64,000 bases of DNA from Glaucostegus cemiculus (GCA_976551045.1 CDPCPM010000005.1:2728001-2792000), one strand, 5' to 3'; positions 51,486-64,000 are shown, counted from the stretch's first letter. Translations and numbers: made by a program. The notes: generated from the sequence alone by a model not told the origin.

Positions 51486-52749
51486 TGTACAGAAAAGCCC
51501 AACTCAAGCACCTGATTGACCCTCTCCCTCAACACATTTTGGGAGAACTGAGTTCCAGATCTCCTCAAGCCTTTGTTGGAAGGAGCACTCCCTGGCATCA
51601 ATTCTGAATACCAAGCTCTAATGTTAATGTAAAACACAGGTCAACCATGATCTGACTGAATAGAGGAAGGGAGTCAGAGGGCAGAATTACACAGACTGGT
51701 CCTGCATGTTGACTTGGGAGTTTGCTTGGTCTTATCAAGAAAGAGGGGTTAGAGTGGGGTTGAAACAGTCCCCACCTTCCTTTAATGTGGTTATTAAAGA
51801 TATGCTGCTAAAAACGTTTGTTGGTCTATGGTACAAACACTGTTTGTGGGTGAATTAATAAGCATTCTGCAACTTCTGGTATTGAATTCTCCAAGATGCA
51901 GTCAACTGTTGTTTAGTAGATTAACAGAGAGATACTAATCTGAAGGCTCGCACTTCCATTTTAGCGTTCAGTCTTGGTATTCAGCAACGTTCCAGCAGCT
52001 CAATTCTATATTTCACACCAGCAAAATCTCTCTAAATGGCTTTTGTGGAAGATTTTCTGGAAAATGCAATTTTACAGACCCACAGATGCTCACTGAATAG
52101 GGGTCTAAATATCTAAATTATGGACTAGAGTACCATGAAGGATGAACTGTGAGCATAAGCAGAAAATTCAGGAACTCATTTGAAGAATATTCATAGTTCA
52201 TATTTGGGGGTCTAGCATTTTGCATATCAAGTTCCTTAATCCCTCACTGTAAAAACTGTATACCAGATTCTCATCTACTATAACCTCTGATATAAGACAT
52301 TCCAAGCTTAATTTTTTTAAAATCAAGTAAATACCATTTCTATGGACTGTATAACTGCATCACTCCAAACAAGCCTCAGGGAGAGAATGCTCATTTCTGA
52401 TAATGCATAGAACTTAACTGTGTTCTGAATTACTTTTAAATATTTGAACTTAAGGATTAGTATTGCCACTGCACTTCCATTAACAATTGGGTAATGACGA
52501 GTTCAACTTGCAACTCAATGAAACAACAGCAAGCACACCCTTTAAATAAGGGGATGTAGTAGGGATAGAAACTGTAGGATAAGTTTTTCTGTACCTGCTT
52601 ACATGATGAACCAGATACTCAGGGCACTACAGAGTGCTACCCAAGATTAGCCTTCGGACCTTACCTTAACTAGTCGACCAATCTGTTGCTGCCACATGCA
52701 CTTCTTTGGTCAGCTGAGTATTCTGGTGCCTTCCAGTCATGGCAGCAGA

Positions 52750-53165
52750 CCATAGGGTAACAGCACAGAAGCAGGCCCTTCGGCCCAGCTCGTCCATGCC
52801 GACCAAGGTGCCTACCTAAGCTTGTCCCCTTTGCCCATGTTTGGCCCATATCCCTCTAAACCTTTCCTATCCATACAGTTATTGTGCGTTATTGTCGTTA
52901 TTGTACCCACCTCAACAACTTCCTCTGGCAGCTTATTCCATATATGTACCACCCTCTGTGTTAAAAAGTTGCCCCCCGAAATTCTTTTAAATCTTTCCCC
53001 TCTCACCTTAAGCCTACACCCTCTAGTTTCTGGTTCCCTTTCCCTGGGAAAAAGACAGTGTGCGTTCACCCTGTTTATGCCCCTCATGATTTCGTACACC
53101 TGTATAAGGAATAAAGTTCTACCCGACCCAGCCTCTCCCTATAACTCAGGCCCTCGAGTCCCAAG
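52750..53165 (-). mobile_element. CR1 LINE 3' fragment
   Basis: ORF 52812-53099 'YEIMRGINRVNAH.LFPR...TRG..LKVRGERFK...QRVVHIWNKLPEEVVE'. Confidence 0.92.
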
Positions 53166-53357
53166 GTATGGTCTGGCAGAAGGGTTGGGGAATGGTGCAG
53201 AACAGTGGAATGGTGGATGTGAGTGCAGGTGGTGGAGGGAAACAGAGGCCAGCAGTGGTCTGCAGTAATGCCAAGAGGGCCATTCTATCTCCTCAGACTC
53301 AGCATACCTTTTTTTATTAGATCCTAACTTTTTGAAGATGCTCTAAATTTTTTATTT

Positions 53358-53588
53358 TATTTACAGCGTGGTAACAGGCCCCTTCGGCCCAACGAGTCCG
53401 TGCCGCCCACTTTAAACCCCCAAACCTACCCGTATGTCTTTTTTAGAACGTGGGTGGAAACCGGAGCACCCGGAGGAAACCCACGCAGCCACAGGAGAAC
53501 GTACAAGCTCCTTACAGTCAGCGACGGGAATCGAACCCCGATCGCTGGCGCTGTAACAGCGTCGCGCTAACCGCTACGCTATCATGCC
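53358..53588 (-). mobile_element. tRNA-derived V-SINE (HE1-like) with a CR1-type tail, near full length
   Basis: A-box tagcgtagcggttagc; B-box ggttcgattccc (within 53526-53539); V-domain; tail gactcgttgggccgaaggggcctgttaccacgctgtaaataaaat on the minus strand. Confidence 0.9.
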
Positions 53589-53849
53589 TTCTGTTCATTA
53601 GTTCACCAATGGTGAAACAGGTCTGAGGGGCTGAATGGCCTCTTCCTGCTCCTAGGTCCCTTGATACTATGTATGTGCAATAGATTTTGATAGGCGTGGT
53701 AGATGTGGGAGATGTAAAGGAATTGGAACAGGTGGCATTTCCTTGTAGGTAAAGAGGCATTGCGATAAGCACGAAGCACAGACTTACCAGGAAATACCAC
53801 AATCACTAAAATTCACTGTAACTCTCTTATTATGTAATAGTTTGCAACA

Positions 53850-54130
53850 ATACTAAGCAGCAAGGGCCGGCTGCCCGCTGGGAAGCTATGACTGGCTGGT
53901 GCCCTGTCTGTCTTCCTTCAGATCCAAGGGTCATGTTGAGCTGAAACAATCACATGACAATGGCAGCAGTAAAAGGTCAATCAAAGACAGGCTTAAGCAT
54001 CCACAGTCAGGATGACCTTCTAAGCTTGTGACAAATTGCCATCAGTCGATGTCTGCTAATGACAACTGCACTCATGGTGATCAATTGTTTTTTTTAAATG
54101 ATCAAAAGCTTGCTTACAGGGCAGTCCATT
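53850..54130. promoter_or_regulatory. Candidate enhancer (Pbx/Meis, TCF, Sox and E-box motifs)
   Basis: GTCAATCA 53976-53983 overlapping ATCAAAG 53980-53986; CACATGACAATG from 53951; several TGACAA. Confidence 0.45.
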
Positions 54131-56204
54131 TCACCTCTGTCCTCGCTTCATGGAAAAAGCTTGTTTTCTCCCCCCTCCTGTTTGCTGGACCTACAAAACA
54201 ACCAATCAGAAAACATTCTTTCTCCTTCGAAGCCTTCAGGCCTCAGCCATAGTTCGAAAGCGCACAGGCTTCTGGGTGTGTTGGGTGAAAAGTGGAAGCA
54301 CTCAAGCCTTGTTGGTACCATAGAGTATTATGTTATGCAGCTTAAAACTGGTGCCAAGTGCATGGATGGATGCCCATTAAGGGTCTTGTTGACCCAATAA
54401 TTTCTGTGATGTTTCAGTGGTACCCCTTTTGTTAACTCTATATCGCTATTGAAGCCTTTCAGGGTTATGGGCCATGAGAATATCCTTTTATCTTATACCT
54501 GCTTGTTCTTCCCAACAGGAAACCACTGTCATCCATTACTTTATGCCCACAGCCATGTACATGCTCTATTCCACTTCATCCTGTGATTATCAAATGAGAC
54601 GTGGCCACACCAGCACTGTGGGAAGTGACCGTGGGTCAAGAACAGTACTCAGGTCCACCAGGCCCCGCTTTCCTGGCTTGACACTGGCCTGCCCTAGCTG
54701 GTTCTCCACCTCTGCTGGGTCCCACCCTCATCCCCGACCCACCATGTCGTATTTTGGTGTATTTTAATATTTCACTTTTAATTCATCTGTCATATGTTTC
54801 CTAGCCCCACTCCGATCACAACAGAAAAGGCTTTTAGTCGTACATTTTCAAAATGTGTCCCTTTGAAAGACTCACCAGAACCAGAGTGTTGATTACTGAA
54901 TATTCAGCAGATAAAAGTGAAGCCCGGTGACTGTGCCCAGTCTCTCCACCCTTCCCTTCTCCCTCACCTTCTTTTAAAATAACCTCCAGATAAATGCGAT
55001 AAAATTAAGTTGCCTAAGTTTTTTTAAAAAACAGGCATGTCCCTACTGGTGTAATTTACTCACTGTAAGATTTTGAACCTGTTTTTGGCTGAAGCACATT
55101 CACAATATTTGTACTGTAACACATTGAGTTCAGTGATGCTAAAGAGAGAGGTTGCAACATTTGGGTTGGGAGCTGTGCTATAAAGTGACCCAAAACTAGA
55201 GGCCAAGAATACAATAGAGTTACTAATAAATCCATGCGAGAAGTACAGAGAGTTCCTTTATTCGCAGGGTATCAGAATGCAGTGTCTCCACCAATGGAAA
55301 ATTTTCAGCCCAGGTGATATCACCTTCTATCTTAGAAGGCTAGAAGCTTTCAAAAGGAAACTAGTTGACCACATGAGAGAAGTAGGAATAGAGAGAGATG
55401 TTGAAAGGGTGAGGTGAGGTGGAACTGACAGAGTCTTGTAGAGTACAAACATCAGCACATTTTAGTTGGTACGCCTGCCTATTGCTGTAAATTCAATGTG
55501 CTACTAAAGATAATTGTAAAATAAACAATACTTGTAATCCTTGCAGTAGTTTCTGATTAAAATAATTAATTGATGAGAATGAACCTTTTCCAACTATTAA
55601 CAACAAGGACAAGTGTTGACACTTCTTGTTTTGATAATGTGAACCATGAAAAAATTGTGACATCAGTCTCAGATTTCAACAAATCTGAACTGCTCGCTTT
55701 GTAAATCATAAGGTCCTTGATGCTCTATTAAATTGTTACAAGTTGTCTAAAAGTGGAGATGGAGGGATAGTTGGATGGGGGGCAGGGGGTGCAGAAATCA
55801 GTGTGGGGATAGGGCCACACTCCAGCCTAGTGATAATTGGAAGAATGTGAAAAATGAAGTGTCAAGATTGGTCAATAAAGAGCAAAGGTCAAGGGGAACT
55901 GCAGCCGAAACTCTGTACAAAATGTGCTCATTAAGCCATCCAATCACAGTGTTCCTTCCCACCTATCCCATTACTCATTAGACATCTGGCTGTTTCTGTG
56001 CCGCTTCTGTGCTGTTATTCCTTTCTTCATCTAAAAAGCAAGCTACTATCTCCAGTAAATCGTTGCTCAGTCACCTGGAACATAATGTGGACCCTTTCCC
56101 TCATCCAGATCTGCCTGCCAGCTTCACAGGGCCTGAAACAGCCGTCTTAATGTCCTCTTTAATAATAAATGGAGTTGCTTTTTGCCTCCGGTTTATCACA
56201 CTCA

Positions 56205-56330
56205 CACGCTCACACACACAAATCACATAAACACTGCATACTGCACACAGGCAAACACACACACACACACACACCACACACACGTGTGTACACAAGCAAA
56301 CACATAAACACTGCATACTGTACACAGAAA
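56205..56330. repeat. CA-rich microsatellite with a 27-bp internal duplication
   Basis: cacataaacactgcatactg(c/t)acacag at 56224-56250 and 56301-56327. Confidence 0.85.
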
Positions 56331-56589
56331 AGCATGTAATACTTTATCTAGTACACATTGCAACACACACTTCAAATCCATCACCAGTACTTTATGGTGG
56401 TTTAACCCTAGTCTGCAATCATTCAGGTAAAAAAAAGGATGGAAAAAATTCTTCTGTGCTATGAAAGCACATACATATGGAACTGCAAACTAGTTTTCTT
56501 AAGAGGCCTAGATTACAAAAAGCAATAGATCCAAAGTGCCAAGTACAATCAAATAAGCCTTGCATGCCTAAACACACACAAAGGCCTTT

Positions 56590-57100
56590 CCCCTGCTAGG
56601 GCTGCTTTTGTAGAAACTGTGGAGGAAGTCTGAGTCAGGTGGGCTACAACTCTCAGGGGGGTGGCGTAGGGAGTGCACTGGAGTTTTGGGGGACAGAGGG
56701 TGCGGAGAAAGTGGTGGGAAATGTTGACTGGTTCGATAATCAGAGAGAAGGCCACTGTTGACTTGCACTGATGGAGTGACAAGAGAAGCACTGGCAGATA
56801 AAATGGCATTTGGAGATGGGGCATGCAGGGATAGAGAGTGTCAGTGAAAAAGCAATGGAGATAAGCAAAATCAGGGAATAGGCCATCCAGGGGATAAGGC
56901 AGCATCAGGGACATGGATGGAGGTGTCAGATATGTGATCCAGTGGGGGGTGAGGGCAGTCTCAAAATTAGATGATGAGGGGTCAGACTTACAACCCAAGT
57001 AGTGGGGGATCTGACCCATAGTAGACAGAGATGGAGAGGAATGGTGATAGACTGAACATCCAGGGACGTATTTGAAGGAGAATCTACCAGCAGGCATCCT
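56590..57100 (-). mobile_element. Probable ancient L2-like LINE internal fragment
   Basis: Strong purine skew and a degenerate coding pattern; assignment tentative. Confidence 0.35.
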
Positions 57101-58169
57101 TCAAACTTCCACTTTAGGACTGCCTGAGTTTGCCATTCATGGGTTTCAAAATCAGCAAAAGTGACACGGTTATCTTACGCACAGAGGACCCAGTTGGTAT
57201 TGATAAAGTGTGCAGAACAAACACCAAGAACTCCATCGTGTTTTCTAGCCCAACCTGTAAAAATCAGACTGGACAAAGCACTGGAGAAATATTCTCTCCA
57301 AAATACTCTTCAAGATACATCGCCAACTGTCCATCTTGTCCGTAATTTTAACAAACACTGGGGCAGATACCCTATGTTTAGGCAAGTTACAAACCAATCC
57401 ATTTTAACAGCTTTCTAATTTATTCATACACAATGTAGGTTGGAACTTTTTTCATAGCATTGTTGTCTTGTGATAACACAAATTCAGCTTGCTTTTTGAT
57501 TTAGTAAGTTCATTAAAAATTAATTTAAAAGAAAGCAGTATGTTTGGTTAAACCAATGAACCTTATACAAGTTGTTCGTTCAAATGCGGATTGTTACATT
57601 TTGTTTAAAAGTAAATGCAGAGGCTAAAAGATTACTCATTTGCTCCCTGCAACTTGCAAGAATTTTAAATTCAAAGGTTTTTTTTGCTTTCAGTTTATCA
57701 CTGATATTGCAATGGTCCTCTCAATCCGTGCCGTTACACAGATCAGTGTAAGACATATCTTCACACATACTCAAACTGTATACAGTACATGTGACAAAGC
57801 ATTAGGCTATCATGGCGGGCTAACTGTATTGATTAGCAAACTTTTCTCCAATATTTAGTTACATTTTTAATTAGTTTTAAAATTATTAATAAATGACATC
57901 TATTCCATAATAGAGGTTGAGTGTTCCTGAGCTCCTTGAGTAAACCCAATGTGATCACAATAATAATGTGAGCCACTGGCTGTGTTGCATAGGTTACAGT
58001 ATCATCTGGGCATTAGTTCCTCTTGTATTCCACTAATATGAGTGAGTATTAAAGCTAACAATAGCTATTATAGCCAGCAATTACGACGCTAAAAAGCGTG
58101 GTACTTGAAGAGCTATAACTTACAAGGCTACAGATTGGGAACTGGGAAGAGGCAGTTAGATAAATAGCT

Positions 58170-58268
58170 CAAAAAACAAACTACTAGAGGAACTCAGCAG
58201 GTCAGGTACCATCTACAGAGGGAAACAGTCAGTCAACGATTCGGGTCGAGATCCTTCATCTGAACTGA
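58170..58268 (-). mobile_element. Penelope-type fragment with a decayed hammerhead motif
   Basis: Minus strand 58267-58230 reads CAGTT-CAGATGA-AGGATCTCGACCC-GAATC-GTT-GACTG. Confidence 0.7.
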
Positions 58269-58269
58269 T

Positions 58270-58628
58270 GCACACTGCAGTTTAGAAGAATAAGATGATT
58301 TCATTGAAAGAAGTAAATTTCTGAACAGGATTGACAGGATAGATGCTAAGTGGAGTATAGATCGGGGAGACATTGTCTCAGAGTAACAGTCAGGCTCTTT
58401 AGAACTCAGATATTTCTTCACCCAGACAATAAAGAATCTTAGACATTTTCCACAGGGCTGTGGATGCTCAGTCATTGAGTACCTTCAAGGCCAAGATCAA
58501 TAAGAATCTTGGACAGGAAGGGGATTGTGTGATATGGGAATTGGATGCAAAAGTGGTCCTCAGGTAGATGATCGGGGATGAGCTTATTGATTGGCAAAAA
58601 GAATCCACAGCCTACTTCTATCTCTTAC
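58270..58628 (+). mobile_element. Degraded CR1 3' fragment
   Basis: 'QFRRIR*.FIE..KFLNRIDRIDA' remnant plus 3' UTR. Confidence 0.7.
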
Positions 58629-58959
58629 AATATATGGCAATGCTGTTGAATCTGTTGCATACAAGTAGTATGCACCCATATTATTTCCACTAAGATTCAT
58701 GTCAGACATGGAACTGCCATCCATCCCTACTAAGTAAATGAACAGTGCACAGAAGTTCAATTAAGAAGCCAATTTGATCCTTAATGTTATCTAATCCTTA
58801 AAGAAGTAATAATGTGAAGTATAAAACTGATTTGAGCTGGCCCCATTAACCATGGGGAAAAACACAGTGACCATTTCCCCCCTCTCTCCACCCTTGATTG
58901 CTGTGTAAATTTTCAGAGTCTAATTTCCAAACCCTTGTCTCCCCACCCTTCCTTCCTGT

Positions 58960-59263
58960 CAGTCTTGGCTCACTTGGTAGCGCCCTCACGTCTCAGATGG
59001 TTGTGGGTTTGCCTTGTTCCAGAGACAAGCACAAAAGTCCAGGCTGACACTGCAACAGCGTTGGACCGTCAGAGGTGTGGTGCTTCAGACGGGACATTAA
59101 ACCAATGACCTGAATGCTCCTCCTATGGACGGTAAAGATCCCGTGATACAACGTCAGGAAGAGCGGAGAGGTAACCCCAATGTCCTGGCCAACTTTTATC
59201 CTTACACCATCATTAAAAACAGATTAACTGCTCATTATCACATTGCTATTTGATGGAGCTTCT
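58960..59263 (+). mobile_element. SacSINE1-like DeuSINE
   Basis: tRNA head tggctcacttggtagcgccctc...ggttgtgggtt; Deu-like body aaagatcccgtgatac...gaagagc...tgtcctggccaacttttatcc...acagattaactgctcattatcacattgct. Confidence 0.8.
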
Positions 59264-59344
59264 CACCTCTTTAGCGAGATGGAGTTCCACTCGTTATTTC
59301 GTTAATAGCCATATCAAACTGGCAGCCATCAAGTGGTCTCTTAC

Positions 59345-59453
59345 CTTGTTCACTGCTGTTATCCCCACTGTGTGACGTATGTCCCCCGCTGGAGGGTCCT
59401 GGTGTCCCACCTGAGCGCGTTGATGCTGTGTCATCATGATCTCTGTTCCAAGT
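59345..59453 (-). CDS. meis1: Meis1 internal coding exon (equivalent to human exon 7), 109 nt: [36 protein letters not shown]+G
   Basis: Manual minus-strand translation matches recalled human MEIS1 ([38 protein letters not shown]) and not the MEIS2/3 equivalent. Acceptor tccctcccccAG at 59454-59455; donor CAAG|GTAAG at 59344-59340; phase 0 to phase 1. Confidence 0.96.
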
Positions 59454-59914
59454 CTGGGGGAGGGAACGACACTGATAAGGGAGCTGAAAGCTGAATGCTG
59501 ACCAACATCACTACATTGTACCTTAGCTCAGGCAAAAGACATGGACAGAAAGCACTTCCTATTCTTCTGTGACACTTTCAGGCCATTGGATGGAGCATTA
59601 GTGTGTCATTTGTTTGGTGTGCACACAGTTCTGCACACCTCAGTCTGCCTCAGTGAGTCATCGGGACCATTGCTGACATCAGGTGTGCATAAACTTTCAG
59701 TTGCTAGTACAGCTCCAGCACTTCACTGAATGAAATGAGGAAAAGTTAAAGGACTTCCTGGCAGCTGGTGTGATGGGGCACACACACCAGTGTGAATCAA
59801 ATCTCCTTCCCATCTTCACAAGGAGCGAAGATCTGTCCCACCACCTTTCAAGGGCAATGAGAGATGAGTAAAAATGGCCTTCTCAGCAAGGCCCACGTCC
59901 TGAAAAATGAAAAC

Positions 59915-60075
59915 AAAAAAGCAAAGTCCTACTCCAGAGGCTTGAGCAGAAATTATAGGCTGATGGTTCAATGCAACACCAAGGAAGTGTCTATCATCTT
60001 TCAGATGGGGTCTTATATTAAGGCCCCATCTCCTCTCTCAGGTGGACATGAAGGATCACAGAACACTGAGAGTCA
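59915..60075 (+). mobile_element. SacSINE1-like DeuSINE 5'/central fragment
   Basis: aagtcctactccagaggcttgagc...catctttcagatg...ctctcaggtggacatgaaggatc. Confidence 0.65.
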
Positions 60076-60597
60076 TGCCTTGATCTCTCTTTGCATGCCT
60101 CGTGGACACCATCACTCTCACACATCATGTGCAATTGTTTCTTCAATTATATAAAATTGTACATTTAAATACTGGGTCACATCCGAGTATCAGCTTTCTT
60201 TTGTCTGATTACACCTCTATGAAGAATCTTGGGTGTTTTCTTCAAATTAAAGATGCCATTCAAATGCAAATTGTTGCTGTCACTGTATTGCTTATCCATT
60301 TATCTTTCATTCTTTCATCTTTTTGTCCTATTCTACCATATATGAAAGTCAAGTTTTAGCCTTTATACAGTCACTGAGGATCCGTGACTGTAGCAGATAC
60401 AAAATAGCATCAGTCCAGTTCTCATTATTACAACAGAGCCAAATGGCATAATTTAAAAGACCCTCATCCTTTAAGTATTAGAAATGCCCAATAATAAAGT
60501 TGTCTTTGCATTTCCATTACTGATATGCATTTCCAAACCAATTTTATACTTAATCTGAGTTATCACTGAGGGAAGTTATATGACGTGGCCACAGAAG

Positions 60598-60890
60598 GAT
60601 ATAAAGTTATGAGAGGCATGGATGGGGTAGTCAAGAGTCTTTTTCCCAGGGTGGAAATATCAAATACTGGAAGCACTTTTTGTTTTACACAGAGAGTAGT
60701 GGGTGCCTAGAACACGCTGCCAAGAGAAGTGGTGGATGCAGATATGAGAGCAATGTTTAAGAGATTTAGACAGGCACATGAATAGGTAGGGAATGGAGGG
60801 ATATGGAGCATGTTCAGGCAGATGTGTACTTCAAATTGGCATCACGGTCAGTGGGCTGAAGGCCTGTTCCTGTATATTCTATGTTCTAAG
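60598..60890 (+). mobile_element. CR1 3' fragment with internal deletion
   Basis: 'YKVMRGMDG...LFPRVEISNT...QRVVGA*NTLPREVV' plus tail gggctgaaggcctgttcctg. Confidence 0.85.
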
Positions 60891-62629
60891 TTTGCAGTGA
60901 TATGGCTAAAATGACATGAATCATTTCAAGATACAAATACAGTTATGTCAATTTATACAAAGCAAAAACACAAAAGGGTCAGCAATGTGACAAACTGGCT
61001 TTTTTATTTTATGAATTTCCCTCTCTCACCTGGTATTATTTCTCCTTCTATTACATCCCATTTCCTCTGATCTATAAAGGACAGGTATCTATTTAACACA
61101 GTCACCAATGCCAGTTTTGAACCAGTGGCTGGAAGACATACAGAATGCCACTGCTACACTGGATACACTGTCTTCCTGTGGGGAAGTAGCTTGTTGTTAT
61201 TTTGAAAAGAAAACCCAATCAAGATTAGGCACTCACTGCAAGACTATTATTCTTTTTTTCAGTTAGCCGCACCCATCCGGGCAAATAAAAGCAGCTTTCC
61301 CGAGCAGCTGATTACCTTTTTGGCAACAAATTTAAAGCTAAACTTTTAACATTTTTAATGTCCTTTGGTGGCAAATGAAAATGGAATGCACCTGTTGGTG
61401 GTGATTCGCACAAGAGCTTATAAAGCACTTATAAGACCTTAACATTTGAACAGATATGTAGTCCAACTACTATGACAGTAATGTTTAACCCATTAACTAG
61501 TTCAGTGATTTATTGCAAGTGGTTTTGGTCCTAAGGGTACTTTATGCTGAAGCGCTGTTTAAATGACATTCAGAACTACATATAGGTTAATAGTATTCAA
61601 AGTGATTTTGTTTAATTTAGGCACTTTAATGGCAATAGAGTGCCACTGATTGCAGATGTACAGTTGTCCTGCATTGGTGGAAGTTTCAAGTGTGAAGCTT
61701 GGGGACTTTAGACCAATAATACCACTGAAAATTTGCACTTTCTTGGGTAGCCTCCAATTACACCTCTGCCAAGATGAAAATGCACAGGTTGTCGCGAGGA
61801 ACTAGAAGGGGAGAAGAGGAGGGCTGAGTAAGCAGAGACTGAGAACCTCCACTGAAGTGTCACTCTCCCTGAAATGATTTGGGAATTGATTGTAACGCAA
61901 GCCCCTCTGGTTGGGAATCAGATGATTGTTATGGCCTTGACCACTCTTCCACAGTGAGCCCACTGCCTCTCTCATGGGTTGAAGCTTTAACCTTTCCTGT
62001 TGAGCAGCATAGCACTCCAGAAAGCAACAGGGCCTAGTTCTGCATTTAATCCGCTACCTGTGCAGAGGTCAGGTACTCTGGCTCATCCATCGGACCATCC
62101 CGGCAGCTCAAGGACCTGAGACCTGGAGCAGCCCACCTTCAGTTAGCTGCCCTGCAGTACTGATGAAACTGAGGTATCACCACTCCCATCTCTCAGGATC
62201 AGAACATCAGACCACCCTTTCTCACCATCCACCTCTTAGGTGGCAGGAACGTTCACAAACCCCATTCCCAACTGTAACTCTTGTCCCCTGGGACTGGAAG
62301 ACTAAAGAGGCATATTGGAGGGGGGGTGAGGCAACTGATGTTAAAATCTCCCAATAGTCACGGCATGGAATGTCAGGCCGATTCTGTGGAGTTAAAATTC
62401 ATCCTTTAATGTCTGTGCATCGCAAATAAAGTTTACATCACTCTAAACCTATAATTATTTATTGTGTAGGTCAGAGATTTGTGCAGCTTTTCAGGGATAA
62501 GGATTTGTTACTTTTGTAAATAGTGCAACTAGTTGGCAAAGGTAATCCATCAATTCTCATACAAATTAAACAACAAGAAATGATGCAGGAGACCACTGTG
62601 TAAGCTTCTCATCACATTGGCATTAATCG

Positions 62630-63325
62630 GACTTATTTCTTCTGACACAAAACTTGCAGAAAGGTGCTGCTATTACTGGTTTGTATATCTAGGCTAATAA
62701 TAAAAGGGGTTAAACAGGTTTAGTTATGAGGACAGGTTGCACAGACAAGGCTTATAGCCCCTTGAGTTTAGAAGATTAAAAGATGAGCTAACTGAGGTTT
62801 CAAGACGATTAAAGGAATTAATAGGGTAGATGAAGGAAACTATTCCCTTTGATGGTGGTCAGTGGGGAGGGGCTGTAGTGAGTGGGGGAGGTGTGTGTGT
62901 TAGCGGGGGGGGGGGGGCGCGGGTGGTAGGGGTGCTTCCAGAATAACATACAAGTTTAAAATTAGAGCTTAGACGTTCATAGCAATATCAGGAAGTACTT
63001 CTTCATACAAAGTGCAGTGGGAGTCAAGAAGCTCTCGAGTCTCTGAGGCAATTGAAAATATCAGAACTAATATTTATAGATTTCTGTCAGGCAAGGTTCT
63101 TGAGGATTCTAGAATGAAGGCAGGTTATAGAGAGCCACAGAGTCACACGGCATGGAAACAGGCCCAACAGTCAACTGAGTGCAGACCAACTATGAAGCAC
63201 TAATTTACACTAATCCTACACTAATCCCATTTTATTTTCCCCACAGGTAGGTGGGGCTAAGATGCAACTCAGCAAGTGACTAAATGGTAGAACCAGCAGG
63301 GATGGCTGAAAGGCCTCCTCAAGAG
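62630..63325 (+). mobile_element. Degraded CR1 3' region with nested short inserts
   Basis: 'SYEDRLHRQGL*PLEFRRLKDEL' remnant; antisense CR1/SINE tail at ~63128-63245. Confidence 0.7.
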
Positions 63326-63349
63326 CATATTTGCTTTACAAACCAACAA

Positions 63350-63700
63350 CTTTATGGATTTGGTAGTATAGCGGTTAAATTACTGGATTAGTACCACGAG
63401 GCCTAGACCACTGATCCAGAGACATGAATGTGAATCCCACCATGACAGCTGGAGAATGTAAATTCAAGTAATTAAATAAATCTGGAATAAAAACCTAGCA
63501 TCAGTAATGGTAATCATAAACACATCTGGTTCACAAATGTTCATCAGGGAAGGAAATCTGCCATCCTTATAGCATCTGGCCTATGTGTGACTCCAGAGCC
63601 ACCAATTTCATTGACAGTTTGGCTGAATCAGTCCAGGAGACATTAGGGACGGGACAACAAATGCTGGCATTGCCAGCAATATCCTCAGAATATATTAAGG
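63350..63700 (+). mobile_element. tRNA-derived SINE (family uncertain)
   Basis: A-box-like ggtagtatagcggtta and B-box-like gtgaatccc head, followed by cagggaaggaaatctgcc...ggcctatgtgtgactccag. Confidence 0.6.
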
Positions 63701-63814
63701 AAAGAAAATAATCAGGAAGATTGGCTAGCCTTAACAATAAGATTTAACAACACTGAGAATTAAACCTAGCGTGACTGAAATAATAATTTGAATTTGAACT
63801 TGTTTGTTTAAAAA

Positions 63815-64000
63815 GCAGCCTTCTATCTCTGTAGCGCTTTTCACGACCCCAGCAAGTTCTAAAGCCAAATGTAATGGAAGAAATGTGACAATGAATTTGC
63901 ACATTTCAAGCTCCCACAGTTATGTGAATATGACAAGATAATCTGTTTAAGTGACTTTGGTTGAGAGATAGATACTAACCAGGTCACCAAAAGAACTCCT
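63815..64000 (-). mobile_element. SacSINE1-like DeuSINE 3' part (runs off the window)
   Basis: tagcgcttttcacgacc...agctcccacag...tgacaagataatctgttt, the reverse complement of the family tail. Confidence 0.6.

Noticed and set aside
53500-53588. tRNA gene
   Set aside because: A and B boxes are present, but they continue directly into the V-SINE core; this is a SINE head, not a cloverleaf tRNA.
56549-57097. 182-aa minus-strand ORF
   Set aside because: Low-complexity Pro/Ser/Leu composition from a pyrimidine-rich, probably LINE-derived tract; no domain.
59474-64000. meis1 exon 6 (VHELCDNFCHRY...) within the window
   Set aside because: No matching sequence seen; it is expected to the right of the window.

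Overview
Eukaryotic vertebrate DNA, most likely from a cartilaginous fish (probably a ray/skate/sawfish, inferred from the HE1/V-SINE, SacSINE1-like DeuSINE, CR1/HER1 and Penelope-type repeat content). The whole window lies inside the TALE-homeobox gene meis1 on the minus strand. Two coding exons are present, neither of which is in the supplied ORF track: the exon 7 equivalent (59345-59453) and the exon 8 equivalent (23783-23928, start of the homeodomain). They are joined by a 35.4-kb GT-AG intron. The rest is intron: many 5'-truncated CR1, L2-like and RTE LINE fragments, tRNA-derived SINEs, Penelope-type inverted elements carrying decayed minimal hammerhead-ribozyme motifs, MITE-like hairpins, a ~30-bp minisatellite with two nested insertions, and several non-repetitive blocks rich in Pbx-Hox/Meis, RFX and TCF motifs that look like conserved enhancers. 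No prokaryotic-type system (CRISPR, operon) and no demonstrably novel gene was found. Repeat family names come from recalled consensus sequences, repeat boundaries are approximate, and enhancer calls are inferences needing alignment.
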